A stretch of 64,000 nucleotides of DNA from Gammaproteobacteria bacterium. Its GTDB lineage: Bacteria > Pseudomonadota > Gammaproteobacteria > HK1. The notes beneath the pieces were generated by a model. The model was given only the letters and a program-made list of their open reading frames with translations, did not search any database and was not told the DNA's origin. Below, piece by piece: positions 1-9,922 of the stretch (position 1 is its first letter; each line of letters begins with the position of its first letter). The position numbers were made by a program, and so were the translations under genes. The stretch lies in contig JBAPTW010000152.1 in assembly GCA_049282355.1 (NCBI GenBank), positions 1,224 through 65,223 of the forward strand, written 5' to 3'.

Positions 1-447
1 CTTCGTCTGATGGCTGTCGAGCTGATCGCTGATAGCATCAATCTGGGCGCGGACGTCCTCGTAGCGTCGCAGGAACTTCATTACCGGCTTCTTAGCGCCA
101 AATAGACGCGCAAAAAAGCCGGGCTTCTCCAGATCATCGATGCCAAAGCCCCGCAGCGTCGCCACCATTTCGTTTAGAGCCTCCCCGGCCGGCCCTACTT
201 CTTTGTTGCGCACGCCTTCCAACATTCGATCGGAAATGTCTGTGAGCCGTTGTTGCGCCTTACTGCCGAAAAAAACGATCGAATTACTATCCTTCAGGTC
301 GATTTCAGCCATGGCTTTCTCGATGCGCGCCCGTCGTTCGGCATCGGCGTCGGGGTAAGGCACCAAGTCACCCTGAAGAACCTGCCGTAGGGCCATCGCT
401 GCGTCGGCAGTCGTTGCCGCGGGCACCGAGACATCGGAATCTCTCAT
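1..447 (-). CDS. TelA-like toxic anion resistance family protein, N-terminal part (3' end beyond window start)
   Basis: Own minus-strand translation from the ATG at 445-447 (AAGGAG about 10 nt upstream): MRDSDVSVPAATT...IEKAMAEIDLKDSNSIVFFGSKAQQRLTDISDRMLEGVRNKEVGPAGEALNEMVATLRGF... The frame stays open to position 1. The pattern matches TelA/YaaN N-termini. It lies downstream of an xpaC-like gene, a known pairing. Confidence 0.7.
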   Translation of the reverse strand, partial: MRDSDVSVPAATTADAAMALRQVLQGDLVPYPDADAERRARIEKAMAEIDLKDSNSIVFFGSKAQQRLTDISDRMLEGVRNKEVGPAGEALNEMVATLRGFGIDDLEKPGFFARLFGAKKPVMKFLRRYEDVRAQIDAISDQLDSHQTK

Positions 448-575
448 CACCGCATCACTCCTTGGTTCCTTCATACGCTGATTCAATTAGAGGCCATGGT
501 CATCATTTCGAGCGCATCACCATTCAGAGAGTACAAGCGTGCCCAGAATCAGCGGAAACGATGCCCATGGCCCCT

Positions 576-1409
576 TTAAACCACGCCTTCCTGCTTAAGG
601 CGCTTTGAAAGCACCTCGATTTGAATATCCAGATCCTCCACATCATTTTGCATGAGTTTCTCGTGCTGCTCCCTGCAGACGCTCTCCATGTCAACGAGCA
701 GCGCGCGATAGTTTTGCTCCAACTGGTAGGACTGGGTTTGCGGATGGGTACGCACGTACTGTCGGGTAACCCTTAGTATGCCGTCGAGATAGACATTCAG
801 GAACCTGCGCGCACGACGCAGGTCCCGTGGGTCTTCCTCTATCGCTTTGAGAATAGCTTGCGACTGCGTCACGATGGCGCTCAGTCGCTGTTGGAATTCG
901 AGGGAACGGATACTCTGACGAGCTTCATTGATGCCTTCAAGCCTGGCATAGGCTTCTTTGAGCACGGCCCTGAGCTCATCTGCACCGATGCCTCGACCCG
1001 GAACCGCCAACGGCCTTGGCTCGGGATCAAGGCCATAATAAAATAGGGCTCCCACCGCCGCGCCCATTCCGAAAAGAAGTGAGATTGCGACGCCATGCCC
1101 GACAGCGGCGAAAGCCGCAACGGCCGTAGCAACCCCAATGACAGCCGCGCCGGTCGCTTTCAGCGGCGGTGATCGGCGAAAGGCAAGCGATTGCTCAGCA
1201 TAGCGCTTTTCGGCAATGAGACCACGGCGCAAAAGCACAGCGCCTAGCACGAATAGGCCGTAGGCGGTGGCATTGCCGACAAAGGCACCCAAATGGCCGC
1301 CCCAGAGGCTAATGAACGCTTTGAAGAGCAACGGAAAGGCGAGAACAAATATCAACAGGCCTTTTAACCCGCCACCGACGGACAAACGCTGAAATTGAGT
1401 ACCGGACAT
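576..1409 (-). CDS. XpaC-like (5-bromo-4-chloroindolyl phosphate hydrolysis family) membrane protein
   Basis: 277-aa ORF. The N-terminal half has several hydrophobic helices. The C-terminal half is helical (AILKAIEEDPRDLRRARRFLNVYLDGILRVTRQY), typical of the XpaC family. It sits next to the telA-like gene. Confidence 0.65.
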   Translation of the reverse strand: MSGTQFQRLSVGGGLKGLLIFVLAFPLLFKAFISLWGGHLGAFVGNATAYGLFVLGAVLLRRGLIAEKRYAEQSLAFRRSPPLKATGAAVIGVATAVAAFAAVGHGVAISLLFGMGAAVGALFYYGLDPEPRPLAVPGRGIGADELRAVLKEAYARLEGINEARQSIRSLEFQQRLSAIVTQSQAILKAIEEDPRDLRRARRFLNVYLDGILRVTRQYVRTHPQTQSYQLEQNYRALLVDMESVCREQHEKLMQNDVEDLDIQIEVLSKRLKQEGVV

Positions 1410-1412
1410 CGC

Positions 1413-1556
1413 TCAGGATCGCTCACCGGCCGACCACATGAAAAAGTTCGGTAGCTCCGAGGAACGGGTGAATAAAGCCTGACAGCTCGCCACACCCACG
1501 GTCCACACCAGCAGAAACCAGCCGAGGAATTTAAATAGCCATCGCTGTTTAGACAC
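1413..1556 (-). CDS. Possible small single-pass membrane protein (47 aa) coupled to xpaC-like gene
   Basis: GTG at 1554-1556 is preceded by AGGAG 7 nt upstream. It encodes VSKQRWLFKFLGWFLLVWTVGVASCQALF... The stop lies 4 nt before the xpaC-like ATG. No family recognised. Confidence 0.3.
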   Translation of the reverse strand: MSKQRWLFKFLGWFLLVWTVGVASCQALFTRSSELPNFFMWSAGERS

Positions 1557-1962
1557 TACGGCACTCCTGTAACACAACGTTTCCCTTACTGACCCGTGCA
1601 ATGGGTTTGAAGTTCTTCCCGCCCAAGCGGTTTGTGAGCATAACCTTGCACCGCATGCTCATCCCTCATGTGAGGTGCATGAAAGCCGCATCCCTCGACC
1701 GTCGGCGAGCTTTACTGTACCGAGGTTAAGCGCCTGCCCCGATCCTACCTCATACCGGAGACTGTCTGCCGAAGAGGTTTCTCACAGCACCTCCGGAAAC
1801 GTGTGCGCCGCGTCGAAGATTTTTACAGCCTCCCGCCAGAGAACCCCACTACCTTTCATAAGGCCTTGAATCGGTTTGCAATTGTCGGACTGGTACAGCG
1901 CTTGCCCAATGCCGATGGCCCGCGTCGTGGGCGCCGGTTGTTACAAGTGGTTGGAGATTGAA

Positions 1963-2523
1963 ATGAAAAAATTCGTTTTTCTTGCCCCGCTGATGCTGCT
2001 CGGTGGTTGCGCAGCGATGCCCCCCCCTCCTGAGGCCAGTGCACCTGCGAAGCCGAGCTTCACCTCAACAGAATTGCAGGTTGCCATCGATCAGGCTGTC
2101 GTACAGGCGCTGGCAGCCGAGCAGGCAAATGACATCGATGTTGACGCAACGATCAATCGAGCCGTGGAGAAGGCGGTCGCTCAAGCGGCGCGCGAAATGC
2201 GGGTACTCGAGGACGAAAGAAAACAACTCCAAGCCGCACAGGCAGGTAACGTCGACCACCTCACAGCGCCCCCTGCCGCAAATACGGAGCGAGAGGCAAT
2301 GAATACCCAAGTGAGCACACGAGTAGGGGTGACTCGGCCGATGGCGATGCACCCGACGGTGACATTAAAGCGAGAGATCCGAGACTGCGCGCTGGAGCTG
2401 TTGATGTACGATACCCATGTCGCCGATGCAACCGACGCTTGTCTTCGAATCTACCGTTCTCAGCATCTTCGCGATCGCTGGCGCAATGACGCCAGCACCG
2501 TGCGCACGAGCACCGTTCCTTAG
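1963..2523 (+). CDS. Hypothetical lipoprotein
   Basis: An internal ATG at 1963 gives MKKFVFLAPLMLLGGCAAMPPPPE, a signal peptide plus lipobox (LLGGC). An Ala/Gln-rich helical region follows. No family recognised. Confidence 0.6.
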   Translation: MKKFVFLAPLMLLGGCAAMPPPPEASAPAKPSFTSTELQVAIDQAVVQALAAEQANDIDVDATINRAVEKAVAQAAREMRVLEDERKQLQAAQAGNVDHLTAPPAANTEREAMNTQVSTRVGVTRPMAMHPTVTLKREIRDCALELLMYDTHVADATDACLRIYRSQHLRDRWRNDASTVRTSTVP

Positions 2524-2580
2524 CAAGTTGTTTTAGAAACTACGGCGCTTGTGCATAGCGGCGTTGCGCGGTGGCTCGCC
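2524..2580 (-). repeat. Partial copy (right-arm type, inverted) of the GAAGCTGTTTTAAAA MITE-like family
   Basis: CAAGTTGTTTTAGAAACTACGGCGCTTGTGCATAGCGGCGTTGCGCGGTGGCTCGCC aligns to the reverse complement of the right arm of the 40195-40337 copy. It starts directly after the TAG stop of the lipoprotein gene. Confidence 0.7.
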
Positions 2581-2628
2581 ATAGCTGGAGGGCTCCGGTC
2601 CCGGGGCCCTTTCCAGCGGGAGTTCGAC

Positions 2629-5073
2629 TCACGCTGCAGTCTGGAAGGCAATCGCCGGCACTTCCGGGTACTGGCGCACGAAATGAACCTTGAGTCCTTC
2701 GCGCAGATATTGCGGCAACTCGTCGAAGTCTCTGCGGTTCGCCTCCGGCAGGATCAGCTCCATCAGTTTGTTGCGCCGCGCGGCAATCACTTTCTCGCGG
2801 ATCCCACCGACAGGCAATACCCTGCCGGTCAAGGTCAGCTCACCGGTCATCGCCATCGGTCGCTTGATTCGCTCCCGGCGAGCAAGGGATAAAAGCGCCG
2901 TCGCCATGGTGATGCCGGCGCTTGGCCCGTCTTTCGGTGTCGCACCCTCCGGCACATGCAAGTGCACCGAAGCATTATCGAAAAACGCCGCATCGCCATG
3001 AAACGCTGCAACGTTGGAGGCAATGTAGCTGTAGGCGATTTCCGCCGATTCGCGCATCACCTCTCCTAATTTACCCGTTAACCTCAACTCACGGCGCTTC
3101 TCGTGGATGCGTGTGGCCTCGACATCCAACGTCGCGCCCCCCAGGGGCGTCCAGGCCAAACCCGTGACGATACCGACGCCGGTCACCGGACGTTCTTGAC
3201 GAAACAGCGGCTTACCGAGATAGGACTCAACCTCCTGGACGCCGGTGCGCACCGGTGGCTTGGCGCCGTTTAGCAGCTCGACGACGGCCTTGCGGATAAT
3301 CCGGCCCAGCTGCTTCTCGAGGTTACGCACGCCGGCCTCACGGGCATAGCCTTCGATGATGTGGCGCAGCGCCGCATTGGTGATTTGCACTTGCGAGCGC
3401 TTGACCCCAGCCCTTGCCAACTGCTTTGGCCACAAATGGTGTCGCGCAATCTCAACTTTTTCGTTGGTCACGTAGCCAGCGAGGTGGATAGTCTCCATCC
3501 GATCCAACAGTGCTCCGGGAATGGTATCGAGCTGGTTTGCGGTGCAGATAAACAGCACTTTGGAGAGATCGAAACGCAGGTCCAAATAGTGATCGAGGAA
3601 ATCCGTATTCTGCTCAGGATCCAGAACTTCCAGCAGTGCAGAGGCGGGATCGCCATGATAGGAGGCACCGATCTTGTCAACCTCATCGAGCATCAGAACC
3701 GGATTGGCCACCCCGAGGCTCTTCATTGCTTGAATGAACTTGCCGGGCATCGCACCGATGTAGGTACGCCGATGCCCTTTGATCTCGGCTTCATCGCGCA
3801 TGCCTCCGAGGCTAAAACGGTAGAACTTACGCCCCAATGCGTCGGCGATAGAACGACCGATGGAAGTTTTGCCAACGCCCGGGGGACCCACCAACAGCAG
3901 GATGGAACCGGTGACCTCGCCTTTGAGAACACCAATAGCCAAGAATTCGATGATGCGATCTTTGACGTCGCCGAGTCCGTCGTGATCACGGTCGAGAACA
4001 GCGCGTGCGACCTTCAAATCAAGCTTCTCTTCAGAGTAGATTCCCCAGGGCAGCGAAGTTATCCAATCGAGGTAGTTGCGTGTCACCGCGTATTCCGGCG
4101 ATCCCGTTTCCAGCACCGACAGCTTTTCCATCTCATCGTCGATCTGCTTCCGGGGACCCTCGGGCACATGCAGGGCTTCCAGACGTTCGCGAAAGCGCTC
4201 GAGCTGAGCTGTGCGATCGTCCTTCGAGATGCCGAGCTCACGTTGGATCTCTTTGAGCTGCTCCTTGAGAAAAAACTTGCGTTGCTGATCCGTCATCCGA
4301 TCCTGCACGCCCTTGCGGATCTCAGACTGGATTCTGGCCACCTGCAGTTCTTTTTTGATCAGCACCAAAACCTTTTCCATGCGCGGCAAGACCGGCACGG
4401 TCTCGAGCACATCCTGCAACTCTTCCTTGCTCGCAGTAGTCAAGTTGGCAGCGAAATCGGCAAACGGCGAGGGTTCATTGGGACTAAAGCGGGAGAGAAA
4501 AACCTTTAATTCTTCGGCATACAGTGGATTCAAGGGCAACAGCTCTTTGATGGTGTTAATGATAGCCACGCCGTAGGCCTTTAGGGTGTTGGTGTCTTCC
4601 TTGAGCGTCGGCGGGTATTCCACTTGCGCCACGAATGGCGGCTCGTGGGTAACCCACTCATGGATGCGAAAACGCTCGATCCCCTCAGCCATGAACTGGA
4701 TCTGTCCGTGCTGTCGCCCTGGATTGTGCATTCGCACCACGGTGCCGATAGAGTAGAAGCTTTCCGGCCTAGCCTCGTTGGTATTTCCTTTTAGCAGTAC
4801 CAAGCCCGCCATTCGATGCGGCGCTTCCCCAACCTGCTTCACGGTTTCCAACCACTGCTCCTCGCTCACCAGAATAGGCATCACTTGACCGGGGAAGAAC
4901 GGGCGCTCGGAAAGGGGCAACAGGTGCAGGGTTGGAGGTAACACATCTCCCGGCAGGACAAGCTGGGTGTGGCTGTCGGGCGTTTCTTTTTTCGTCTTGC
5001 GCGGCGCCCGGCGGGTGCGCGGTGTGTCTTGCGCTGCTGGCGACTTGTCTTCCTCTTTCATCTTGGTTCCCAA
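2629..5073 (-). CDS. lon: ATP-dependent Lon protease
   Basis: 814 aa. Walker A is GPPGVGKTS. The motif GGMRDEAEIKGHRRTYIGAMPGK and the catalytic Ser motif PKDGPSAGITMATAL are present. The start may instead be the ATG at 5061 (MKEEDK); 5073 is TTG. Confidence 0.97.
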   Translation of the reverse strand: MGTKMKEEDKSPAAQDTPRTRRAPRKTKKETPDSHTQLVLPGDVLPPTLHLLPLSERPFFPGQVMPILVSEEQWLETVKQVGEAPHRMAGLVLLKGNTNEARPESFYSIGTVVRMHNPGRQHGQIQFMAEGIERFRIHEWVTHEPPFVAQVEYPPTLKEDTNTLKAYGVAIINTIKELLPLNPLYAEELKVFLSRFSPNEPSPFADFAANLTTASKEELQDVLETVPVLPRMEKVLVLIKKELQVARIQSEIRKGVQDRMTDQQRKFFLKEQLKEIQRELGISKDDRTAQLERFRERLEALHVPEGPRKQIDDEMEKLSVLETGSPEYAVTRNYLDWITSLPWGIYSEEKLDLKVARAVLDRDHDGLGDVKDRIIEFLAIGVLKGEVTGSILLLVGPPGVGKTSIGRSIADALGRKFYRFSLGGMRDEAEIKGHRRTYIGAMPGKFIQAMKSLGVANPVLMLDEVDKIGASYHGDPASALLEVLDPEQNTDFLDHYLDLRFDLSKVLFICTANQLDTIPGALLDRMETIHLAGYVTNEKVEIARHHLWPKQLARAGVKRSQVQITNAALRHIIEGYAREAGVRNLEKQLGRIIRKAVVELLNGAKPPVRTGVQEVESYLGKPLFRQERPVTGVGIVTGLAWTPLGGATLDVEATRIHEKRRELRLTGKLGEVMRESAEIAYSYIASNVAAFHGDAAFFDNASVHLHVPEGATPKDGPSAGITMATALLSLARRERIKRPMAMTGELTLTGRVLPVGGIREKVIAARRNKLMELILPEANRRDFDELPQYLREGLKVHFVRQYPEVPAIAFQTAA

Positions 5074-5135
5074 AAAAGTCTCCGTGGTCTGATGGCGGCC
5101 CTCACTGGATCCCGATGATCATGCAATAAACATTT

Positions 5136-8100
5136 TTATGAGAGTCCTCGGCTGGCACTCCCATTGTCGCTACCAGCGTGCTCAATCGAACTGTATCCGG
5201 ATGTGTCTGCAATGGCCGCCGGAAGAGGTTGCAGCACGAGTGCCGTCAAGGGCGGCAGCGGCAATGACAGGGAGAAGCGGTAGCCGTGCCAAGCTTTCTC
5301 CTCGGCTGTCGCTCCCTGTGCCGGCAACCCGCGCCCGCGACCGCCATAGGCTACGGCATCGCTATTGAAAAGCTCCCGATAAAAAGTAGGGAAGGGAACA
5401 CCTATCCGATAGCTGGCGTAGGACACTGCAGAGAAATTCGCCACGAACAGCACCGTGTCACGGGGATCCCGGGCTTTCCTCAGGAAAGCAATGACATTTT
5501 GTTCGGGACTATCCAGATCAATGCCCTCGAAGCCCTCACGCCCGAAATCAACCTCGTGAAGAGCCGGCGCCGACCGGTACAAGCCGTTCAGATCAGCGAC
5601 GAAGCGCGACAGGCTGCGGTGCAACTCAAAATCCAGCAGCTGCCAGTCGACACTGGCGGCGTGGTTCCACTCCCGCCTTTGGCCAATCTCCCCTCCCATA
5701 AACAGCAACTTCTTTCCAGGATGAACATACATGAAAGCGTAAAGGAGCCGAAGATTGGCAAATTGCTGCCACTCGTCCCCCGGCATTTTTTCCAGCAGCG
5801 ATCGTTTTAGATGCACGACTTCATCGTGGGAAAGGGACAGCACGAAATTTTCTTCGAACGCATAATGAAAGCCGAAGGTGAGCCTGCGGTAGTGCTGCCG
5901 GCGGTGCTCCGGGCGCTCCTGCATGTAGGTCAACACATCGTGCATCCAGCCCATGTTCCACTTGAACCCAAAACCAAGACCGCCGTCCTCTACCGGCCTC
6001 GACACCCGAGGCCAAGCCGTTGACTCCTCGGCCATCAGCATCACTCCTGGAAACCGCGCATGCACAATGGAGTTGGTATGCTTTAGGAACTCGATCGCCT
6101 CCAGATTCTCGTTACCCCCGAACCTATTGGGGATCCACTCCCCCGGCAGTCTCGAATAATCGAGATACAACATGGAAGCCACGGCATCGACCCGCAAGCC
6201 ATCGAAATGATAGGTCTCGAGCCAAAAAAAGGCATTGGCGATGAGGAAGTTCTCGACCTCGTGACGACCATAATTAAAGATCAGCGTCCCCCAATCTCGG
6301 TGCTCACCCTTGCGCGGATCGGCATGCTCGTAGAGGCTGGTCCCATCGAACCGACCGAGCGCATGGGCGTCCTTAGGGAAATGCGCCGGCACCCAATCCA
6401 GAATGACGCCAATGCCTTCTTGGTGGCAGCGATCAATGAACGCCATGAGGTCTTCTGGCCTGCCAAAGCGCGACGTCGGCGCATAGAAGCTCGAGATTTG
6501 GTATCCCCACGAGGGCTCATACGGATGCTCGGCAATAGGCAAGAGCTCGATATGGGTAAATCCCAGGCGTTTGACATAAGGCACCAGGCGCTCCGCCAGG
6601 GCGGTGTAGAAGAGGCGCTGGCCATCGGCAGTACGCCTCCAGGAACCCACATGCACCTCATAGATAGCGACCGGGCTCTGCCACATGTCGTTGGCGGCGC
6701 GTTTCTCCATCCAGTCCTGATCTTGCCATCGGTACCGACCCTGGACCTCGCAAACGATGCTGGCCGTTTGCGGCGCAACTTCGCAATAGAACGCATAAGG
6801 GTCGGCCTTCAGACACAGTCCGCCGTGGGCAGTACGAATCTCGTATTTATAGAGCTCACCTTCATCAAGGCCCGGCACAAACAGCTCCCAGACACCAGCA
6901 TCCTCGTGTAACTTCATTTGGTGTTGGCTCCCAGTCCAGCTGTTGAAGCTACCGACGACACTCACACCCTCTGCATTGGGCGCCCATACGGCAAAGCTGA
7001 CACCGGTTTCGCCTTCTCTGACGTGTGGATGGGCGCCCAATTTGCGAAACACATGATAGTGGTTGCCTTCATGAAAAAGCTGACGGTCATAAAGCGTGAA
7101 TAGCCACGACCGGTAGGCATAGGGATCGCGATAGGTGTAGCTGCTCCCGCCCGGCTCCAGCACCTGCACTTGATACTTCGGCTCGGCGCCGAGCGGTGCG
7201 ATGGTCCCTGCAAACAGTCCGCGAGCATCCACCTTGGCCAGCTGGTGGCGCAGCCACGGATAGCCGTCCATGACCACATAGGCCTGCTCAGCTCGTGGCA
7301 GGAAGGCACGAACGATCTGCACGTTGTCATCCGTCCCTGCATGGGGACCGAGGATGGCGAACGGATCGCGATGGCGTCCGTGAACGAGCCGTTGAATCTC
7401 GTGCTCTGGAAGGCGCTCCGGGTGCCGCTCGGCGCGGACGATGAGCAACATAGGAGCAGGCCGCTCATGCCCTTCGCGCCAGCAGTCGGCGTGTAGAGCT
7501 GCCGTCAATGGATCCACGAGCACGGCATCGACGTGGTAGTGGTGCTGCCAGAAGGTGACGCTCGACAGCACAGCACTCTTGATTTCACCGCGAGCAAAAT
7601 CGAACCTGACCCGCGGTCCTGTACGCTGTGTATCGTCTTCGTACAGCCGCGTTCCATCAAACCAATTAAGCGCAGTGCCGTCCACCGGCATAGACGAGCC
7701 CATCCCCGGCACCACGACACCGAGACCGCTTTGATGGCAGAAGTCGATCAGTGCCATCAGATCGGCCGGCGTGCCGCAGGAACGGCTGGGGGTATAACCG
7801 AACCCGTCATGGCTCGACGGATTTGCCGAGAGCGGGATGAATACATGGGTGAAACCCTTCCCTTTCACCTCGCTGATCAAGCGTGGCGTCGCCAGCGATC
7901 GGTAGTGCGCCCCTTCTGCCCCCTCACCGGCAATGCTTGCCCACGCTTTCAAGTCGATCTCGAAAAGGTAGATGGCGCTCTCAGCTTTCTGGACAACATC
8001 GCGTTCGAAGCGAGAAGCGAGCCAGGAATGATCTTTCCAATGGTGGACTTGCGCCAGGCTGCACACGATGGCAGCGGCGTTTGAGGAGGCCTCTATCGAG

Positions 8101-8795
8101 GTAGCGTAAGGGTCGGTTTTTAGGAAAACGTTTCCCGCCGGGGTCTTGATCTCGTACTTGTACAGCGCGCCATCGGCTACCCCGGGAATAAACAGCTCCC
8201 ATATTCCCGAGAGCCCCAGGAGCCGCATTTGATGTACTCGTCCGTCCCATTGGTTGAACGTTCCAACGACGCTTACTCGCGCTGCATTCGGGGCCCACAG
8301 CGAAAACCGCACGCCGTCCACGCCCCCCGCTCGTCGCGGGTGGGCGCCAAAAAGGTGGAACGCCTGGAGGTGCTCACCCGCCGCGAGCTTCGCCAGATCC
8401 TCTTCGGTGAAGGCCGATATCTTGATGGCATAGGGATCGTGTAACGTGTGCTCCGCACCCTGCTCATCGGTGACGATCAGGCAGTAACCGCTGCCGTTGA
8501 TGAGTCCTGGTAAGCTGCCCTCAAAGAGCCCTGAGGGGTGGATTTTCACCAACTGATGTTTGCGCGTCCCCTTTCCTTCTGTCCCCTGTGCCGCAAACAC
8601 CTCCTTGGCCTGGGGGAGGAAGACGCGAATGACCGTCCTGTCATCTTGCTCCGAATAGTGAGGACCCAGTACCGCGTGCGGTGCCTGATGCCGCGACTCG
8701 ATGATCCGTTGAACCTCTTCTTCAGCCATGCTCATCCTTACGCTGTGCTCCTGTCGTCTAAAGCGATCCTTCATGCGCGCCAGCCGCCTGCTCAT
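5136..8795 (-). CDS. glgB: Tandem-duplicated 1,4-alpha-glucan branching enzyme: degenerate truncated GlgB-like N-half fused to an intact GlgB
   Basis: 1219 aa. The C-half (about nt 5136-7417) has all GH13 regions: [32 protein letters not shown]. The N-half (about nt 7418-8795) aligns residue-by-residue to the GlgB N-domain, CBM48 and first half of the barrel. However DWVPAH is replaced by VVPGMG, GLRVDAV is altered to HVDAVLVD, and regions III/IV are absent. An alternative start is the ATG at 8735 (MSMAEEE). Confidence 0.9.
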   Translation of the reverse strand: MSRRLARMKDRFRRQEHSVRMSMAEEEVQRIIESRHQAPHAVLGPHYSEQDDRTVIRVFLPQAKEVFAAQGTEGKGTRKHQLVKIHPSGLFEGSLPGLINGSGYCLIVTDEQGAEHTLHDPYAIKISAFTEEDLAKLAAGEHLQAFHLFGAHPRRAGGVDGVRFSLWAPNAARVSVVGTFNQWDGRVHQMRLLGLSGIWELFIPGVADGALYKYEIKTPAGNVFLKTDPYATSIEASSNAAAIVCSLAQVHHWKDHSWLASRFERDVVQKAESAIYLFEIDLKAWASIAGEGAEGAHYRSLATPRLISEVKGKGFTHVFIPLSANPSSHDGFGYTPSRSCGTPADLMALIDFCHQSGLGVVVPGMGSSMPVDGTALNWFDGTRLYEDDTQRTGPRVRFDFARGEIKSAVLSSVTFWQHHYHVDAVLVDPLTAALHADCWREGHERPAPMLLIVRAERHPERLPEHEIQRLVHGRHRDPFAILGPHAGTDDNVQIVRAFLPRAEQAYVVMDGYPWLRHQLAKVDARGLFAGTIAPLGAEPKYQVQVLEPGGSSYTYRDPYAYRSWLFTLYDRQLFHEGNHYHVFRKLGAHPHVREGETGVSFAVWAPNAEGVSVVGSFNSWTGSQHQMKLHEDAGVWELFVPGLDEGELYKYEIRTAHGGLCLKADPYAFYCEVAPQTASIVCEVQGRYRWQDQDWMEKRAANDMWQSPVAIYEVHVGSWRRTADGQRLFYTALAERLVPYVKRLGFTHIELLPIAEHPYEPSWGYQISSFYAPTSRFGRPEDLMAFIDRCHQEGIGVILDWVPAHFPKDAHALGRFDGTSLYEHADPRKGEHRDWGTLIFNYGRHEVENFLIANAFFWLETYHFDGLRVDAVASMLYLDYSRLPGEWIPNRFGGNENLEAIEFLKHTNSIVHARFPGVMLMAEESTAWPRVSRPVEDGGLGFGFKWNMGWMHDVLTYMQERPEHRRQHYRRLTFGFHYAFEENFVLSLSHDEVVHLKRSLLEKMPGDEWQQFANLRLLYAFMYVHPGKKLLFMGGEIGQRREWNHAASVDWQLLDFELHRSLSRFVADLNGLYRSAPALHEVDFGREGFEGIDLDSPEQNVIAFLRKARDPRDTVLFVANFSAVSYASYRIGVPFPTFYRELFNSDAVAYGGRGRGLPAQGATAEEKAWHGYRFSLSLPLPPLTALVLQPLPAAIADTSGYSSIEHAGSDNGSASRGLS

Positions 8796-9003
8796 GGCGA
8801 CCGGATGGCTTTCGCACTCTCATGTGCTTCACAGCTGCTGCCGTCTGCCTGCAGTCCTTAATTCCGGTGGTTAGCGCCGCTGGCACCACCTCGAGCCGAG
8901 CTTCTGGCGCAGCAACGTCAGCCTCAAGTGCCAAAATGGAAGGGTCGACCCTGCTTCCGATCCTCGCCGCTATGTCGAGCGAAGTCGTCTTCGCAACAGT
9001 TGT

Positions 9004-9651
9004 TTAGCGCAGACTCTCTCCCACTCGGCTTGCTTGATAGATGACATTGCCGGCAGTCATCGCTGTGTCGACATTCATTGGCACCCCCGCCCGTCGCAAG
9101 CCTTCGGCAACCCAATGGTTGCAGTTGTAGAAGACAGAATACCTGCCTTTAGCGGGGTAAAACCAGCTTTCACCATACAGCCCGGGCCCCAAAGGCTGAG
9201 CTCGCTGGCCATGGGGCCGCACCAGGCTGGTATGGATGAAGCGAACAAGATCCACAGCGCCCTGCACCGACACTCGCAGCGCCACGATGTCGCTGTTTAC
9301 AAAATATTCGGATACCGATCGGTCAAAGCCTACCACATGCAACACACTTTGCGTCGGCATCAACGCCGCTCGCAGTGCCATCCCCAATGTGACCTTTGGC
9401 GCACGATAGAAGGCCTCGTCCCCCCACCCCACCTCCAGATAGGCTCGGCCGACGAAATCGCTTTTCTCCGGCCACAGTTGCGCCGGAATATCGGCATAGC
9501 GAAGGGCGATTCCCGTGTGCCAGCCATGGCTGAGCACATAGATGGTGCGCTCAGTGCTCGGCGCTTCGGCGCTTCCCGCCACGCTCGGGAGCGCCGCCTG
9601 AAATAGGGACGTGGTGAGCAACAAGAAAACCCATCGATATATAGCGGGCAT
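9004..9651 (-). CDS. DUF2459 / TIGR02117-type secreted conserved hypothetical protein
   Basis: The internal ATG at 9651 gives a signal-peptide-like MPAIYRWVFLLLTTSLFQAALPSVAGSA. The core YVLSHGWHTGIAL...EVGWGD..FY matches my recollection of DUF2459. Confidence 0.65.
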   Translation of the reverse strand: MPAIYRWVFLLLTTSLFQAALPSVAGSAEAPSTERTIYVLSHGWHTGIALRYADIPAQLWPEKSDFVGRAYLEVGWGDEAFYRAPKVTLGMALRAALMPTQSVLHVVGFDRSVSEYFVNSDIVALRVSVQGAVDLVRFIHTSLVRPHGQRAQPLGPGLYGESWFYPAKGRYSVFYNCNHWVAEGLRRAGVPMNVDTAMTAGNVIYQASRVGESLR

Positions 9652-9922
9652 TGCGGGCAGTGATGTTCGACAATCGAGGCGAGGAGCTGAATACGAACCG
9701 AGGGAAAACTTCACCGAGCCCTATAAGCACCTCAGAGCTGCCTTAAAGAATGTCGCGAGTGCCGGCAAAGCCAAAGTGGGCGGCAAACAATCGGAGTCTA
9801 TGAAAAACGCCCATGAAGGCAACTCGTTACCCCCATGTCAGGTGAGCATTGCCCAGCCAACGAGAGTGACGCTGCCGAAGGTCCTTAGCAAGTCACTCCG
9901 AGAGGCTTGGAGCCTTTCAGTA

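Noticed and set aside
3361-4509. 382-aa plus-strand ORF inside lon, with many similar long antisense ORFs inside glgB, the dikinases, pgi, malQ and glgC.
   Set aside because: These are shadow ORFs typical of GC-rich DNA. Their compositions are Arg/Pro/Gly-rich with no recognisable domains. The opposite strand encodes unambiguous conserved proteins.
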